DNA of 64,000 nt from a virus. Its lineage: Duplodnaviria; Caudoviricetes. The stretch is taken from positions 64,001 to 128,000 of the IMG/VR virus record IMGVR_UViG_3300028797_000101; one strand, 5' to 3'. The notes beneath the pieces were generated by a model. That model ran no database searches and was not told the DNA's origin. It saw nothing but the letters and a program-made list of their open reading frames with translations. Shown piece by piece: positions 1 to 10,745 of the stretch. The translations under genes were made by a program, and so were the position numbers. Position 1 is the stretch's first letter; the number at the start of each line of letters is the position of its first letter.

Positions 1-238
1 TGAAATGGGTGGTGAAGGATATTGAGTAAAGCTGATCACGAAGGCAGGTACTGTTGTGATTTCTGTGGTAATTTTCATAGACGATTACCTGGAAACATAT
101 ACAAGTTAGCTATAAAAGGGAAAACTTTTCATTTTTGTAGCTGGACATGCTACGAATCGGCAAAAAGAATAAAAGCCTCTACTTCTGGAGAAGACGCGAG
201 GCGGCGATTAGAAAAGAGAAGGGAGAAGTTTTCTAGCA

Positions 239-616
239 ATGAAGCGATATGTTAATTGTTCACAAGAAAAAACATTGGATATCAATCAGGACAATCATAT
301 AACTTTCTATCATGGCCGCAGGATGTTTGCTGCAAACATTCGGATGATTCAGCCATATCCATTGTTTGTAGGACATGTATATCAGCCACATCCATATGAT
401 GATGCTGAATACACAACCGCGTATATTGGTAGACGCGGAATTATGTACGTAGAATTTGTGCGGGATGGAAAAGTTATCAGCAGAATGCAGCTCCATGTTT
501 ACGACGAGGAAGACTACGAGAGACCAGAAGACTATGTGAATGATGTTCTAGATCAGATTGCAGTAGAAATATTGGATCTGGATAGAAATGTAGAACCTAG
601 GATGGTTCATAACTAG
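239..616 (+). CDS. hypothetical protein with shared N-terminal motif (MKRYVNCS)
   Basis: ORF track; N-terminus resembles those at 17582, 18538, 19048, 19516. Confidence 0.75.
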   Translation: MKRYVNCSQEKTLDINQDNHITFYHGRRMFAANIRMIQPYPLFVGHVYQPHPYDDAEYTTAYIGRRGIMYVEFVRDGKVISRMQLHVYDEEDYERPEDYVNDVLDQIAVEILDLDRNVEPRMVHN

Positions 617-628
617 GAGGGGAAGCAC

Positions 629-1606
629 ATGGCCTACAGTGCATATGATGCAGAAATGCTGAGCAAGCAGCAAGATGAAGGATATCAATATGAGTTACGT
701 CACGGATGGGGGCCTGGTACTCTTCCAAAGGATGTTGAAGTCTTTGAACATACTGTGGATGGCTACAAGGACTACGTGACGCTCAATCGGAAACTAACTC
801 CGGAAGAATTGAAGGAGTACGATATAAAAGAAAGGAGCAATACCGCAATGAATGATGATTTCAAGTCTGCATCCACAGGCGACCTTACGCTTGAGTACAT
901 AAATCACATTTATTATGTCATTGATGAGTTCGCTGATGACGAGGACAACACATTGTTCTACACGTCTAGACTAGAAGGAATTAAAGAAAACTACCCATCG
1001 CTTTATCAAGCGTTTGTCAACAAGTATGGAGTAATCGAAGATTATGACAACAACGATGATGTAGATTATGCTAGCGATGATGAAGACTACGACAACAACG
1101 ATGATGAAACTTATGAACTCATTGATCGTAAGGACGTTCTTGATTCAGATGGGTTCTACACAGAGTATTCGATGTATCGAGATCTTTCTACCGGTGAATA
1201 TGTTTTCGTGTTTGGCGACAGCGATATTTACAGACCTGAGGATGGCGATTTCGATCATGTAACTGACAGTGAAGACGAAGCCTGGGAGTGGTTCAACAGC
1301 TATGAAGGATTCGCAGAGGATGAGGACGAAGATATCTACAGCAGCGTAGAACTTGATGCAGCTGCTCAAGACAGGCTTGAAGATATCGAGTTCGTAATGA
1401 ACAATTATGTCAATGGAACATATGGCATGACTGTAGAGTCTCAAGGCAACGGCAAGTTCATTGTAGACTACGAGGGCTTGATTGCAGAAGTGCAGTTTAA
1501 TCCTGCCGCAGATGAATTTGTTTACACTATCAATGGAGCAGGACCTTTTGATCACAGCTCATATGAATACATTGCTAAAGACATCTACGATGTTCTGATG
1601 TTCTGA
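629..1606 (+). CDS. acidic multidomain protein with DarA_C-like domain; putative virion-internal protein
   Basis: AGGAGG RBS; segment YELRHGWGPGTLPKD...YVTLNRKLTPEELKEYDI resembles the DarA C-terminal domain pattern; very D/E-rich. Confidence 0.55.
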   Translation: MAYSAYDAEMLSKQQDEGYQYELRHGWGPGTLPKDVEVFEHTVDGYKDYVTLNRKLTPEELKEYDIKERSNTAMNDDFKSASTGDLTLEYINHIYYVIDEFADDEDNTLFYTSRLEGIKENYPSLYQAFVNKYGVIEDYDNNDDVDYASDDEDYDNNDDETYELIDRKDVLDSDGFYTEYSMYRDLSTGEYVFVFGDSDIYRPEDGDFDHVTDSEDEAWEWFNSYEGFAEDEDEDIYSSVELDAAAQDRLEDIEFVMNNYVNGTYGMTVESQGNGKFIVDYEGLIAEVQFNPAADEFVYTINGAGPFDHSSYEYIAKDIYDVLMF

Positions 1607-1629
1607 TGCAGGAGTAGGAGGACGTCTAA

Positions 1630-3531
1630 ATGGATTTTATGTTTGATCAAGATGCAGGATTCTTTACAAGAGATGATCTAAACGAGTTTTCAAGTGAACT
1701 GGAGGATGCGCTTTCCGGATATGGTGACTTTGGAGTTAGTGAAAGCTACATGGAGAAAGAAGGCAAATCATACATCTTTTACATCAGCATTGTCAACATG
1801 GACACGATGTCTGAGTTTGAGATCGACATTCCTATCGACATGAGGAAAATAAGAAAGCCTTCCGATCTTATTACTAAGTACATTCCTCAAGCTGTAGACG
1901 AAGTATTATCCACAGAACGTGAGCTAGGTGAAATAACTAGCTCGGAAGAGGTTACTTCCGGCACCTCATTAAAGCGAATTGTCAAAGAAGACAGTGCCGA
2001 TAACTATCATGTTCTTCGTAACTGGAAGCGCATGACGGACGACGAAGCAGAAGATGCAGCAAAGCAAGCTTCATTGGACGACCCAGAGGGCGTCTACTAC
2101 GTAGCGTATGATGACGTTATGAATCCATCATCTGAATACAGATGGAAGAATGGTGTGAAGAAAAGCATCTACGCGGATGAAGATGTAGATGAAGAAGAGG
2201 ATTACATCGACACACCAGAACAGGAATTCACTTCTGAGAAAACCTCTATCAATGCTGACAAGCTGCCCGCATTGTTTAAGATGGTTAAGTTCGCACCGAA
2301 TTCTCTGAACTTAGACTACGGCGGAGGAAAATTCGACAATGTTACAGATTTCTTAGCCGAGCAGAATGTAGAAAATCTTGTTTATGATCCTTACAACAGA
2401 AGCGCAGAGCACAATAAATCCGTTCTCGCTAAGGTTCGTAGCAACGGCGGTGCTGACACCATTACTTGTTCCAATGTTTTGAACGTAGTAAAAGAGCCTG
2501 AGGTTCGTCAGTCCATCTTAACCAACATCAAGAAGCTGCTCAAGCCTAACGGAACTGTTTACATCACAGTTTACGAAGGCCTGAAAGACAAACCTGAAGG
2601 GCCTACAAAATCCGGATATCAACTCAACAGAAAAACAGAAGATTATCTAGATGAGATCCGGCAGGTCTTCCCAGATGCAGAAAGGAGAGGTAAATTGATT
2701 ACAGCACACAACGGAGCTAGTGCAGTAAAGAGCGCAACCGCTATTACATCTGCTTCCGATGAACAAACACTCTTGTCCGAACTTCAATCAGCTTTAACAG
2801 AAATCATGAAGTCCTTCGGATTTGAAGATAAAGAAGTACCGCTGTACTCGAGAATCGACATTTCTGAAAATAAAGATGGCTACATAATAATCGAAGTAGG
2901 TGCGGAGTTGAGTTATGACGGAATGTCGGAACTGGGTGATGCACTTGATCCTATCGTTCAGAAGTATGATTCAGATGCTTATTTCGACATGGAAGATCCC
3001 GGATTGATGTCTGCATTCCTTGCACCTGGTTCAATCAAAATAAAGGCTAGCGAAGACATTGAGGATGGTGTAGATGTGATACAAGCTGTATACAATGTTC
3101 CTGATCACGATTTAGAACCCGATGAAGAAGAGCCTGTAGAGCTTGATGATGACGAAGCTGTAATTGACGTTTCACTCGATGCAGATGTGGAAATAGATGA
3201 GGATGGTAATTGGGATTTCACCGACACTCAATACCCCTGGGTAAGTGATCAAACATTCTACTTAGAGGATGGTGGAGCTCAAATCTATCTTGCAGATAAA
3301 CTCAGTGTAGTAGAAGATGTATGTGATATCATTGAGCCGCTGCTTCCTGCAGAGCCGGGTGTATATCATGTAAGCGGATTCCCGAATCTCATTTACAACA
3401 TAACAAACAAGATCAGCTACAAGGACAGTGATTACGAGTACGAACCAGAAGACGTAAAGGTTTCATTTGATCTGTCTAAGTCCTACGTAGAGCAGTTCAA
3501 GTGTTACAAGACTTCTGATAGCTCAAAGTAA
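1630..3531 (+). CDS. acidic multidomain protein with class I SAM-dependent methyltransferase domain
   Basis: LDYGGGK (motif I), VYDPYN, DTITCSNVLNV and LKPNGTVYI in the central part. Confidence 0.7.
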   Translation: MDFMFDQDAGFFTRDDLNEFSSELEDALSGYGDFGVSESYMEKEGKSYIFYISIVNMDTMSEFEIDIPIDMRKIRKPSDLITKYIPQAVDEVLSTERELGEITSSEEVTSGTSLKRIVKEDSADNYHVLRNWKRMTDDEAEDAAKQASLDDPEGVYYVAYDDVMNPSSEYRWKNGVKKSIYADEDVDEEEDYIDTPEQEFTSEKTSINADKLPALFKMVKFAPNSLNLDYGGGKFDNVTDFLAEQNVENLVYDPYNRSAEHNKSVLAKVRSNGGADTITCSNVLNVVKEPEVRQSILTNIKKLLKPNGTVYITVYEGLKDKPEGPTKSGYQLNRKTEDYLDEIRQVFPDAERRGKLITAHNGASAVKSATAITSASDEQTLLSELQSALTEIMKSFGFEDKEVPLYSRIDISENKDGYIIIEVGAELSYDGMSELGDALDPIVQKYDSDAYFDMEDPGLMSAFLAPGSIKIKASEDIEDGVDVIQAVYNVPDHDLEPDEEEPVELDDDEAVIDVSLDADVEIDEDGNWDFTDTQYPWVSDQTFYLEDGGAQIYLADKLSVVEDVCDIIEPLLPAEPGVYHVSGFPNLIYNITNKISYKDSDYEYEPEDVKVSFDLSKSYVEQFKCYKTSDSSK

Positions 3532-3551
3532 CACAAAATACCAAAATCGTT

Positions 3552-3588
3552 ATAGACTGTGATACAATATGTGTCACAGTCTATTTTT
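3552..3588 (+). terminator. intrinsic terminator overlapping a TCGTTA promoter-like motif
   Basis: ATAGACTGTGATAC / GTGTCACAGTCTAT inverted repeat followed by a T-run. Confidence 0.65.
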
Positions 3589-3601
3589 ATGGAGGTACAG
3601 G

Positions 3602-5266
3602 ATGTTAAATGAAGAACAGCAGGCCGTAGTTGATTCTACGGATAGTAAGATACTTGTTCTTGCAGGGGCAGGAACAGGAAAAACGCACTGTATGCTTGAA
3701 CGGATAAACCATCTCATTGACGACGGAGCGTCTGCAACATCTATGCTTGTTTTAACATTTACTAACGCAGCTGCATTAGAAATGAAAACAAGATTCATGA
3801 ATAATCAAAACAAGTTCAGATCTATTCCTCCTGAATTCAGAACATTCCACGCGTTCTGCTACAATCTACTCAGCCAAGATAAAGCTATCTTAAGAGAGCT
3901 CGGATACACTTCGCTTCCAAGTATAATCACGGACGTGGAATTAGATAAAATTCACAAAGAAATAATTTTACAGCTTAACTTACATCTGAGCATTAAGAAA
4001 CTGAAGTCTGGGTCCGCACTCAGTCGTCAAGATCAATATGAATTAACTATCTTCAACAAAGCAAAGGACAAAACACTTAAGAAGAAAAATCTAATTACAT
4101 TCGACCTTCTTTGCTCAACTGTATGTAACTTGTTCGAGACTAACTCACCGCTTATTCAAACATACAAAGAGCGATATAAATACATATTTGTAGATGAGTT
4201 TCAAGATACCGATCCCATTCAATGGAACTTTGTGAAGTCTTTCATACCGAATTCAAATATTTATGTTGTAGGCGACGCACTACAAGCTATCTACGCATTT
4301 AGAAACGCGGATTCTACAATAATAAAGAAACTTGCGCATACACCGGATTGGAAATGCTACAGGCTATCAAGAAACTACAGATCCACAGAGCCGATTTGCG
4401 ATTATGCAAACTCTTACAGCAAACTTCGAGAGGACAGCGTAGCACTTGTATCAGATAAAGAAGGCTGCGCTGTTGTAGAGAAGACTTATCTGTACGATGC
4501 ATTTGCTAAACCAAATGCTCCTCAGTTAAATCAACTGAAGGAATGGATAAAAACATTTGAAGGATCTTCTGCAATCCTTTGCCGTTCAAACAAAGAAGTA
4601 GACGATTTGCAGATGTGGTTGAGTTCAGAAAACATACCGTATTCTACAAAGAGAAAATCCGTAGACACATTATCTGTTCTCAACTCTATCATGGATAATG
4701 AATATCTCAAGAACTGGCTTGCTACTTTATTACCTGCAGAAGAGTACACAACCTTCTTGAAGACAGAAAAGATCCATCAGGTAGATGACGGGGAATATTC
4801 ATGCGAAACATTTATAAAAGATTTTGCAATGAACTCTCCTATTCTAACAGAGTCAGCACAAAAAGTATTTGAATGTCGAGAGATTCTAGCTACGTCCGAC
4901 TACGATGCAAGATTGAAGTTTATGAAGCTTTCAGAAAAGCTTCACATACCTCTGTCTCGTAATCATCTCCATTTCATAACTAACACAGAAACAAACAAAG
5001 AAATAGTAGCTTCGTTTATAACAATGTACATGAATATAGAATCTACTGCTTCCGCAGATTCTACAGATCTATATGTAGGCACAATACACTCTGTGAAGGG
5101 GCTTGAGTATGACAATGTCATTGTGCTGAACGTTGACGGAGATTCGTTTCCGGTTTACACAGGGGATAATCTTAACTTGTTCTACGTAGCAGTAACAAGA
5201 GCAAAATCACATCTGTATGTTATGTGGACGGAAGATGATGACGAGGAGGATGAAAATGAGACCTAA
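3602..5266 (+). CDS. uvrD: UvrD/PcrA-family SF1 helicase
   Basis: AGAGTGKT, LTFTN, VDEFQD, VGDxxQAIYxFR, NYRS, TIHSVKGLEY and YVAVTRA motifs; GGAGG RBS before ATG 3602. Confidence 0.93.
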   Translation: MLNEEQQAVVDSTDSKILVLAGAGTGKTHCMLERINHLIDDGASATSMLVLTFTNAAALEMKTRFMNNQNKFRSIPPEFRTFHAFCYNLLSQDKAILRELGYTSLPSIITDVELDKIHKEIILQLNLHLSIKKLKSGSALSRQDQYELTIFNKAKDKTLKKKNLITFDLLCSTVCNLFETNSPLIQTYKERYKYIFVDEFQDTDPIQWNFVKSFIPNSNIYVVGDALQAIYAFRNADSTIIKKLAHTPDWKCYRLSRNYRSTEPICDYANSYSKLREDSVALVSDKEGCAVVEKTYLYDAFAKPNAPQLNQLKEWIKTFEGSSAILCRSNKEVDDLQMWLSSENIPYSTKRKSVDTLSVLNSIMDNEYLKNWLATLLPAEEYTTFLKTEKIHQVDDGEYSCETFIKDFAMNSPILTESAQKVFECREILATSDYDARLKFMKLSEKLHIPLSRNHLHFITNTETNKEIVASFITMYMNIESTASADSTDLYVGTIHSVKGLEYDNVIVLNVDGDSFPVYTGDNLNLFYVAVTRAKSHLYVMWTEDDDEEDENET

Positions 5267-5627
5267 TAATCGTTATGTTAACACATCATTACTTCTAAGA
5301 GCTATGTCACGTAGGTTGTCTAGTCGAAAGGATTGTAAGCAACAGATCTACTGGGTGACTATTTCAATCACAGGAGAGATTGAATTCAAGCCTTATACAT
5401 ACGTCTTCCCAGATACGCACCATAGAGTGAGTCCGGCAAAGTTAGGTATTGTAGAATTTACTCTCACTAGACCGGAATTTGAACGTCTACATCCTAGGAA
5501 AAACAAAGATGGCAGGATGTTTGTTGATCATGATGCAGTAGTGCCTGGAGAATATGTATACGACTATGTCGGTGAGATCAAATCTAGAAGATGGATGACC
5601 GTCGAGTTACGAAACTCGTTGAAATAA
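5256..5627 (+). CDS. hypothetical protein
   Basis: GAGGAGG RBS; coupled to the helicase stop. Confidence 0.6.
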   Translation: MRPNNRYVNTSLLLRAMSRRLSSRKDCKQQIYWVTISITGEIEFKPYTYVFPDTHHRVSPAKLGIVEFTLTRPEFERLHPRKNKDGRMFVDHDAVVPGEYVYDYVGEIKSRRWMTVELRNSLK

Positions 5628-5641
5628 GGAGGATATTACAC

Positions 5642-7570
5642 ATGAAATTAAAGTCAGTTACTATCAAAGGATTTCACAACGTCAAGGATGTTACCTACAC
5701 GTTCGATGAATCGCCTGTAACATATTTTGCAGGCCACAACGGCGCTGGAAAGTCCACAGCGCTTCAAGCTATTCAGCTTGCATTGCTTGGATACATTCCG
5801 GGAACAAGTAAGAGCAGCAAAGAAGCTTTATTCAAGCATGCTAATGGAAACAGCATGGAAGTTGGGGTAAAGCTTGAGGACAATGGGACAGAAGTTACTG
5901 TCACTCGAGGATGGATGAGATCTTCATCTACTATTGTAAGCTCAATCAATGTGACTCCGTCTACTTACACTGTAGAAACAATCGCAGATGCTGTAAAGGA
6001 TCTTGAGCTTCCGGTATTCAACTTCACGGAGTTCTCGTCTATGACTGCAAACAAGTTGAAGGATTGGTTCATCAACTTTCTTCCGAAGCATGAGTTCGAG
6101 ATCGATTGGACGAAAGAGCTCAAGGATGCACTTAAGGGCTTGTATGATCGCGGAGAGGATGCACAGATGCTTGATAGCATTGTGAAACGCGAAGCTGATC
6201 AAATCAGTACAAATACTAAGAAGGGCGTAGAAGTTGTTAGAGACTTCAATGCGTACATCAAGAACATGCTGACCTTCACGAAGCAAGATCAGACAAGAAT
6301 TCAAAGTTCTATTCAGTCACTTGTTTATCATGAAGACGCAAGCGATGTGAACTTGACGATTCCAGAGATCGAGGCAGAGTACAACAAGCTGGATGGTCTT
6401 CGCAGAAGATTATGGGACTACAACAAAGCTGTTCAATTTAATGAGTCTGTAAATGCAAAGATTCAAGCAAACTGTCAGGGTCTGTATGAAGACCTTGCTT
6501 CTGATCCGAATCATGCTGCAAGCGTAAAGAGCATAGATGAGTATCAGAAGGAAGTTGAATCGCACAACGATAAACTAGACGATCTGGATACACAAGAAGA
6601 GGTGGTACTTGCAGACCTGAATAATTTCTACCAGGAGAGACAGTCTCTGTTGATGTCTGTAGAGTCAAAGAAATCTCTGATAGAATCTAACGGAGTGTGC
6701 CCTTACACAAAGTCTGCTTGTGATCCTATACTCAAGCAGATTGAGCAATATCGCAAAGAGGTTGCAGCAACTGAGAAAACTATCGAAGCTAAGACGAAGG
6801 AAGCTGCGAAGCTGGAAGAGAAGCTTCATAGTGTTAGAGCTGAGAAAGGAAGTATTTTGTCAGCGATTGAGATCCTCCGAGTAGCTATACAGCGAGAGTC
6901 TGCGAATATCTTAGATCTTACACGAAGATACGAAATGGCGAAGTCTTTAGCAGGTAGCAAGACTGAACTTCCGGATGTTTCAGACATCGACATCACTGTT
7001 GAGGAGATCGAAGCAAAGATGAAGCAGCTGCAGGACACCAAAGCCAACCTGATTGCAAATGAAAGATACAATGAGCTTCTGAATAAGCTAACTGCTGAAA
7101 AGTACAAAGTGGAGCTCGAGATTGAATGCTACAAGTTGTGGGAGAAGTTAACAGGTGTGAATGGGCTTCAAGCGAATGATTCCGCATCTGTACCGTTTGT
7201 TGATCTTAGCAACGACATGACCGGTTACATCAAGCAGCTGTTTGTGGACGACTACAAAGCGGTGTTTAATATCTCCGGAGGCGCGAACAGTTTCAGTTTT
7301 GGAGTTGTCAAGGGAGAAAAGTTCATTCCGTTTGATCTGCTTTCTTCTGGAGAAAGATGTTTGTTTACGCTTGTGTTGTTTGTCTCGCTGACAAAGTTAT
7401 CCAAGGATCAGCTTCAACTCATCATGATTGATGATCTATTTGATCACTTAGATGATAAAAATGTAGAATCGTTATTTACAATGCTAACAAACATAGAAGG
7501 AATTCAGATGGTGTTCGCCGGTATTGCTAAACTTCCTGAAGTGGCAAACATTCATATCATCAATGTATGA
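5642..7570 (+). CDS. Rad50/SbcC/SMC-like coiled-coil ABC ATPase
   Basis: Walker A GHNGAGKS, long coiled coil with central CPYTKSAC, signature LSSGER, Walker B IMIDD, D-loop FDHLD. Confidence 0.85.
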   Translation: MKLKSVTIKGFHNVKDVTYTFDESPVTYFAGHNGAGKSTALQAIQLALLGYIPGTSKSSKEALFKHANGNSMEVGVKLEDNGTEVTVTRGWMRSSSTIVSSINVTPSTYTVETIADAVKDLELPVFNFTEFSSMTANKLKDWFINFLPKHEFEIDWTKELKDALKGLYDRGEDAQMLDSIVKREADQISTNTKKGVEVVRDFNAYIKNMLTFTKQDQTRIQSSIQSLVYHEDASDVNLTIPEIEAEYNKLDGLRRRLWDYNKAVQFNESVNAKIQANCQGLYEDLASDPNHAASVKSIDEYQKEVESHNDKLDDLDTQEEVVLADLNNFYQERQSLLMSVESKKSLIESNGVCPYTKSACDPILKQIEQYRKEVAATEKTIEAKTKEAAKLEEKLHSVRAEKGSILSAIEILRVAIQRESANILDLTRRYEMAKSLAGSKTELPDVSDIDITVEEIEAKMKQLQDTKANLIANERYNELLNKLTAEKYKVELEIECYKLWEKLTGVNGLQANDSASVPFVDLSNDMTGYIKQLFVDDYKAVFNISGGANSFSFGVVKGEKFIPFDLLSSGERCLFTLVLFVSLTKLSKDQLQLIMIDDLFDHLDDKNVESLFTMLTNIEGIQMVFAGIAKLPEVANIHIINV

Positions 7571-7589
7571 TTGGTAGAAAGGAGATACA

Positions 7590-8009
7590 ATGAAACCTTA
7601 CAGAGTACTTATTAAGCCGTTGGCAGCGTCTTCAAATTTTTCAGAATGCACTGTAATGACTGCCATGTTATCTGTTAATGATAAGGGTCAGCGAAGCATC
7701 TACATTACACAGCGATCTTCTGAAATTCTGGGTCAATTGGTGATGAATTCTGTTAGAGAAGATATCGCCAAAATGATTGCGCATGAGGTGTGCACCAAGA
7801 AAAATTCTACCATTCTCGCTACATATAAGATCAAGAATTTCATTACAGAGGATCAGGAGTTCATGTATAAGATCTATGTAGCAGAAGGTAAAAACAATGT
7901 CCGGAGCATAGCTGATGCACCTCTGGAGTACACACAAGAGGATTGCTTGAAAGCATGTATGGAGCATTTCTGCAAAACTCATGGATTAGAAATAGAGAAA
8001 ACATTATAA
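7590..8009 (+). CDS. hypothetical protein
   Basis: AAAGGAG RBS, operon position. Confidence 0.65.
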   Translation: MKPYRVLIKPLAASSNFSECTVMTAMLSVNDKGQRSIYITQRSSEILGQLVMNSVREDIAKMIAHEVCTKKNSTILATYKIKNFITEDQEFMYKIYVAEGKNNVRSIADAPLEYTQEDCLKACMEHFCKTHGLEIEKTL

Positions 8010-8020
8010 GGAGAATAAAG

Positions 8021-8257
8021 ATGTCTAAAATCTTAGTCATTAAAACAGAAGATGGAGAAACAATGGAGGAAGTGTTAGCACAAGTTGCCGATGGATTGAC
8101 TCAGCAGTCTAATGCCAAGCTCATTCAGTTGATCGAGAACATGGATCATGTTAGAGCTCAGTATAACGCAAAGTTAGAAGAGCTTAGATCCATCTATGAA
8201 CCTATCTTGAATGATCTTGTTAATAAGATCAATGATGAGTTGCAGACACAGATGTAG
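8021..8257 (+). CDS. small coiled-coil hypothetical protein
   Basis: AAGGAG RBS before ATG 8021. Confidence 0.6.
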   Translation: MSKILVIKTEDGETMEEVLAQVADGLTQQSNAKLIQLIENMDHVRAQYNAKLEELRSIYEPILNDLVNKINDELQTQM

Positions 8258-8269
8258 GAGGGCGCAAAC

Positions 8270-10195
8270 ATGACAGAGCTTGAAACTAAGATCAAGAACG
8301 CAGCTCAAAAATACTATGAAGATGGGTCCTCTGATCTGACAGATGCAGAATTTGATGAACTTGTAGATCAGCTCAAGAAAGAGAATCCAGACTCACCTCT
8401 GCTCCATACACCAGGATGGGGCTACTCCGTGTCAGATGATTCTACAGCCGGAAAAAGAGTTAAACACAAGTATGGAATTGTCGGATCTTTAGACAAAGTA
8501 CACTCCTTAGAGGAAGCTACAAAATTGTCTAGTTTGAAGCGTGGAAGTACATTGTTCTGCGACGCATCCCTGAAGCTAGATGGTCTAAGTGTAGTCCTCT
8601 ATTTTAACTATGGCCGGTTCTATCAAGCGTTAACACGCGGTGAAAACGGGCTAGGTATTGACATCACGAACAAGATCTTGAAGATTTATCAAGACAAGGG
8701 TCTAGATGACATTGATCTCAAAGGCCCTCTGTTCCAAGCTACTTGCGCTATTCGAGGAGAAATTCTCATGTATCAAAGATCATTCGATCAATACAAGCGC
8801 GTGCATCCGGAAGCTAAGAATCCTAGAAACTCTGCTGCAGGTATCATAAATGGAAAGAATACTGATGACGACCTCAAGTATCTAGATGTTGTAGTTTATA
8901 CAATCATCGGAGGTACTCCAAACTTCGGTCAATTGACAATAGGAGACGTCCGCAACATACTGTCAAATGGAACATGTTTTTCAGTAGTCCCATACATGAA
9001 CCTAGAGCTGTCGAATGTAGACGAATCGGAATTCGTTTCTTCTATGTACGAACTACGAGATAAGTGGTACAACTTGTGCCCTGCAGATGGAATAGTTCTA
9101 ACAGCTCCAGAACTTAGATATGTAGAAAATGATGCAGCTGTTCTGTACGACGCTGTAGCGTTCAAATTCAAATCCGAAGAAAAGAAAGCAATCGTTGATC
9201 ACGTAGACTGGACTATGAGCAAGACACATTATGCAGTGCCCGTAGTGCACATCCAACCTGTAGAGCTTGCAGGTACTACTGTGAGAAAATGCACAGGCTT
9301 CAACGCACAGTTTATCGTCAACAATAACATTGGAAAAGGCAGCGAAGTACTTGTAGAGAAGAGGGGAGAAATCATTCCCGTCATAAATGAAGTAGTTAAA
9401 TCTACTTCCGCTGACATGATTACCTCTTGCCCTACTTGCGGAAGCACACTTGAATGGTCTGGTGTGCACTTAGTATGTAACAATCCTTGCTGCGGAAACG
9501 CAAAACTACAAGACTTGATTGTTTGGATAGACAATATTGCGCCTGTTGATGGATTGGGCGATTCTTTAAGAATCAAGTATTTATCCGATATGTTTAAGGA
9601 CTTGTCGGTGGAAACTGTTATGGATTATAAGAAGCAAGCTACGCTAATGTATGCACCGGGTGGACACATGGCGCTCGTGGCTGAGATGTTTAATAAACTC
9701 TATAACTTTGATAAATCTACCATATCTCTTCCAAAGGCTCTTCTCGCCTTAAATATTCCGAGAGTAGGTGGACTTACAGCTATCAAGATTGCAGAAGCAG
9801 CTTCTGAAGAAATCGCGCAGTGTTTGGTGTGTTCCATAAGTTTTGGTGATTTGTGCGAAAAGATATCCAAAGTAACAGGTCCCGCAACAGCTCTTTCTGT
9901 TTGTCAGAACCGAGAGAAGTTCTTTAGACTTCATTACATTTCGGATAGAATCACCTGGACGCAAAACACTGCTACTGTAAAAGGCAAAGTAGCTATAACA
10001 GGAAAGCTCAGTGTAAGACGTGCAGACTTTGAGGAACAGCTCAAAGGTGCTGGATTTTATGTAGGAAACATCACAAAAGATACTAACTATCTCATTACCG
10101 ATGATCCTACATCGTCATCTGAAAAGAACAAGAAAGCTGACCAGTGGGGCATCGTTAAACTAACAGAAGAAGAGTTCAGATCAAAATTCCTATAG
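8270..10195 (+). CDS. ligA: NAD-dependent DNA ligase
   Basis: YY..G...TDAEFDEL, KLDG adenylation motif, TRG, RGE, NPRN, AFKF, GEIIP, Cys4 zinc finger, C-terminal BRCT. Confidence 0.95.
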   Translation: MTELETKIKNAAQKYYEDGSSDLTDAEFDELVDQLKKENPDSPLLHTPGWGYSVSDDSTAGKRVKHKYGIVGSLDKVHSLEEATKLSSLKRGSTLFCDASLKLDGLSVVLYFNYGRFYQALTRGENGLGIDITNKILKIYQDKGLDDIDLKGPLFQATCAIRGEILMYQRSFDQYKRVHPEAKNPRNSAAGIINGKNTDDDLKYLDVVVYTIIGGTPNFGQLTIGDVRNILSNGTCFSVVPYMNLELSNVDESEFVSSMYELRDKWYNLCPADGIVLTAPELRYVENDAAVLYDAVAFKFKSEEKKAIVDHVDWTMSKTHYAVPVVHIQPVELAGTTVRKCTGFNAQFIVNNNIGKGSEVLVEKRGEIIPVINEVVKSTSADMITSCPTCGSTLEWSGVHLVCNNPCCGNAKLQDLIVWIDNIAPVDGLGDSLRIKYLSDMFKDLSVETVMDYKKQATLMYAPGGHMALVAEMFNKLYNFDKSTISLPKALLALNIPRVGGLTAIKIAEAASEEIAQCLVCSISFGDLCEKISKVTGPATALSVCQNREKFFRLHYISDRITWTQNTATVKGKVAITGKLSVRRADFEEQLKGAGFYVGNITKDTNYLITDDPTSSSEKNKKADQWGIVKLTEEEFRSKFL

Positions 10196-10198
10196 GAG

Positions 10199-10684
10199 GT
10201 GAACACAATGACTACGCAGAATCTTACACCGGCACAGAAGAAGGTCAAGAGACCTAGGCCGGTACGATATGATGGACCCAACAAGAATCTGAATGATTTT
10301 GTTGCTCGAGACATCATTACACTCTATCTTACATGCGGATTAGGATACAGTCCAATTCGTCATATTCTGGGTCTGGAGACTGACAAGAAGATTGAAGATG
10401 TAGTTCGTCAGCACATGCTTGGCAGAACTAAAGCAAATGGAGCAGAGGGCGAGCTTTACTGCCCGCCGCAGAAGAACCTGACTCAGCTTTCTCGAAGCAT
10501 TATCAATCAGCTGACTGTCATGTATGAAACATACTCAGATCCATACATCATTGAAATGTTAGATAAAGGTGTATGGAAAGACGATCCAGTTTACAACAGC
10601 ATCAAGTGTGTTTGCGGCGCAGACTTAGATCCTTCCTGGAAGCTCTGTCCGTTCTGCGGAGATACTAGCAAGCTTCACAAGTAA
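10199..10684 (+). CDS. hypothetical protein with C-terminal zinc ribbon
   Basis: CVCG...CPFCG; AGGAGG RBS. Confidence 0.65.
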   Translation: MNTMTTQNLTPAQKKVKRPRPVRYDGPNKNLNDFVARDIITLYLTCGLGYSPIRHILGLETDKKIEDVVRQHMLGRTKANGAEGELYCPPQKNLTQLSRSIINQLTVMYETYSDPYIIEMLDKGVWKDDPVYNSIKCVCGADLDPSWKLCPFCGDTSKLHK

Positions 10685-10690
10685 GATCAA

Positions 10691-10743
10691 AAGACCTCCT
10701 ATGAACCTTGTATACAGATGATACAAGAAGCATAGGAGGTTTT
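10691..10743 (+). promoter_or_regulatory. RBS-sequestering hairpin containing an AACCTT promoter-like motif
   Basis: AAGACCTCCTATG pairs with CATAGGAGGTTTT (includes the SD of ORF 10746); inner CTTGTAT/ATACAAG stem. Confidence 0.65.
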
Positions 10744-10745
10744 CT

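Noticed and set aside
1036-1108. EDYDNNDD duplication
   Set aside because: Short low-complexity coding duplication in an acidic linker; no sign of a separate function
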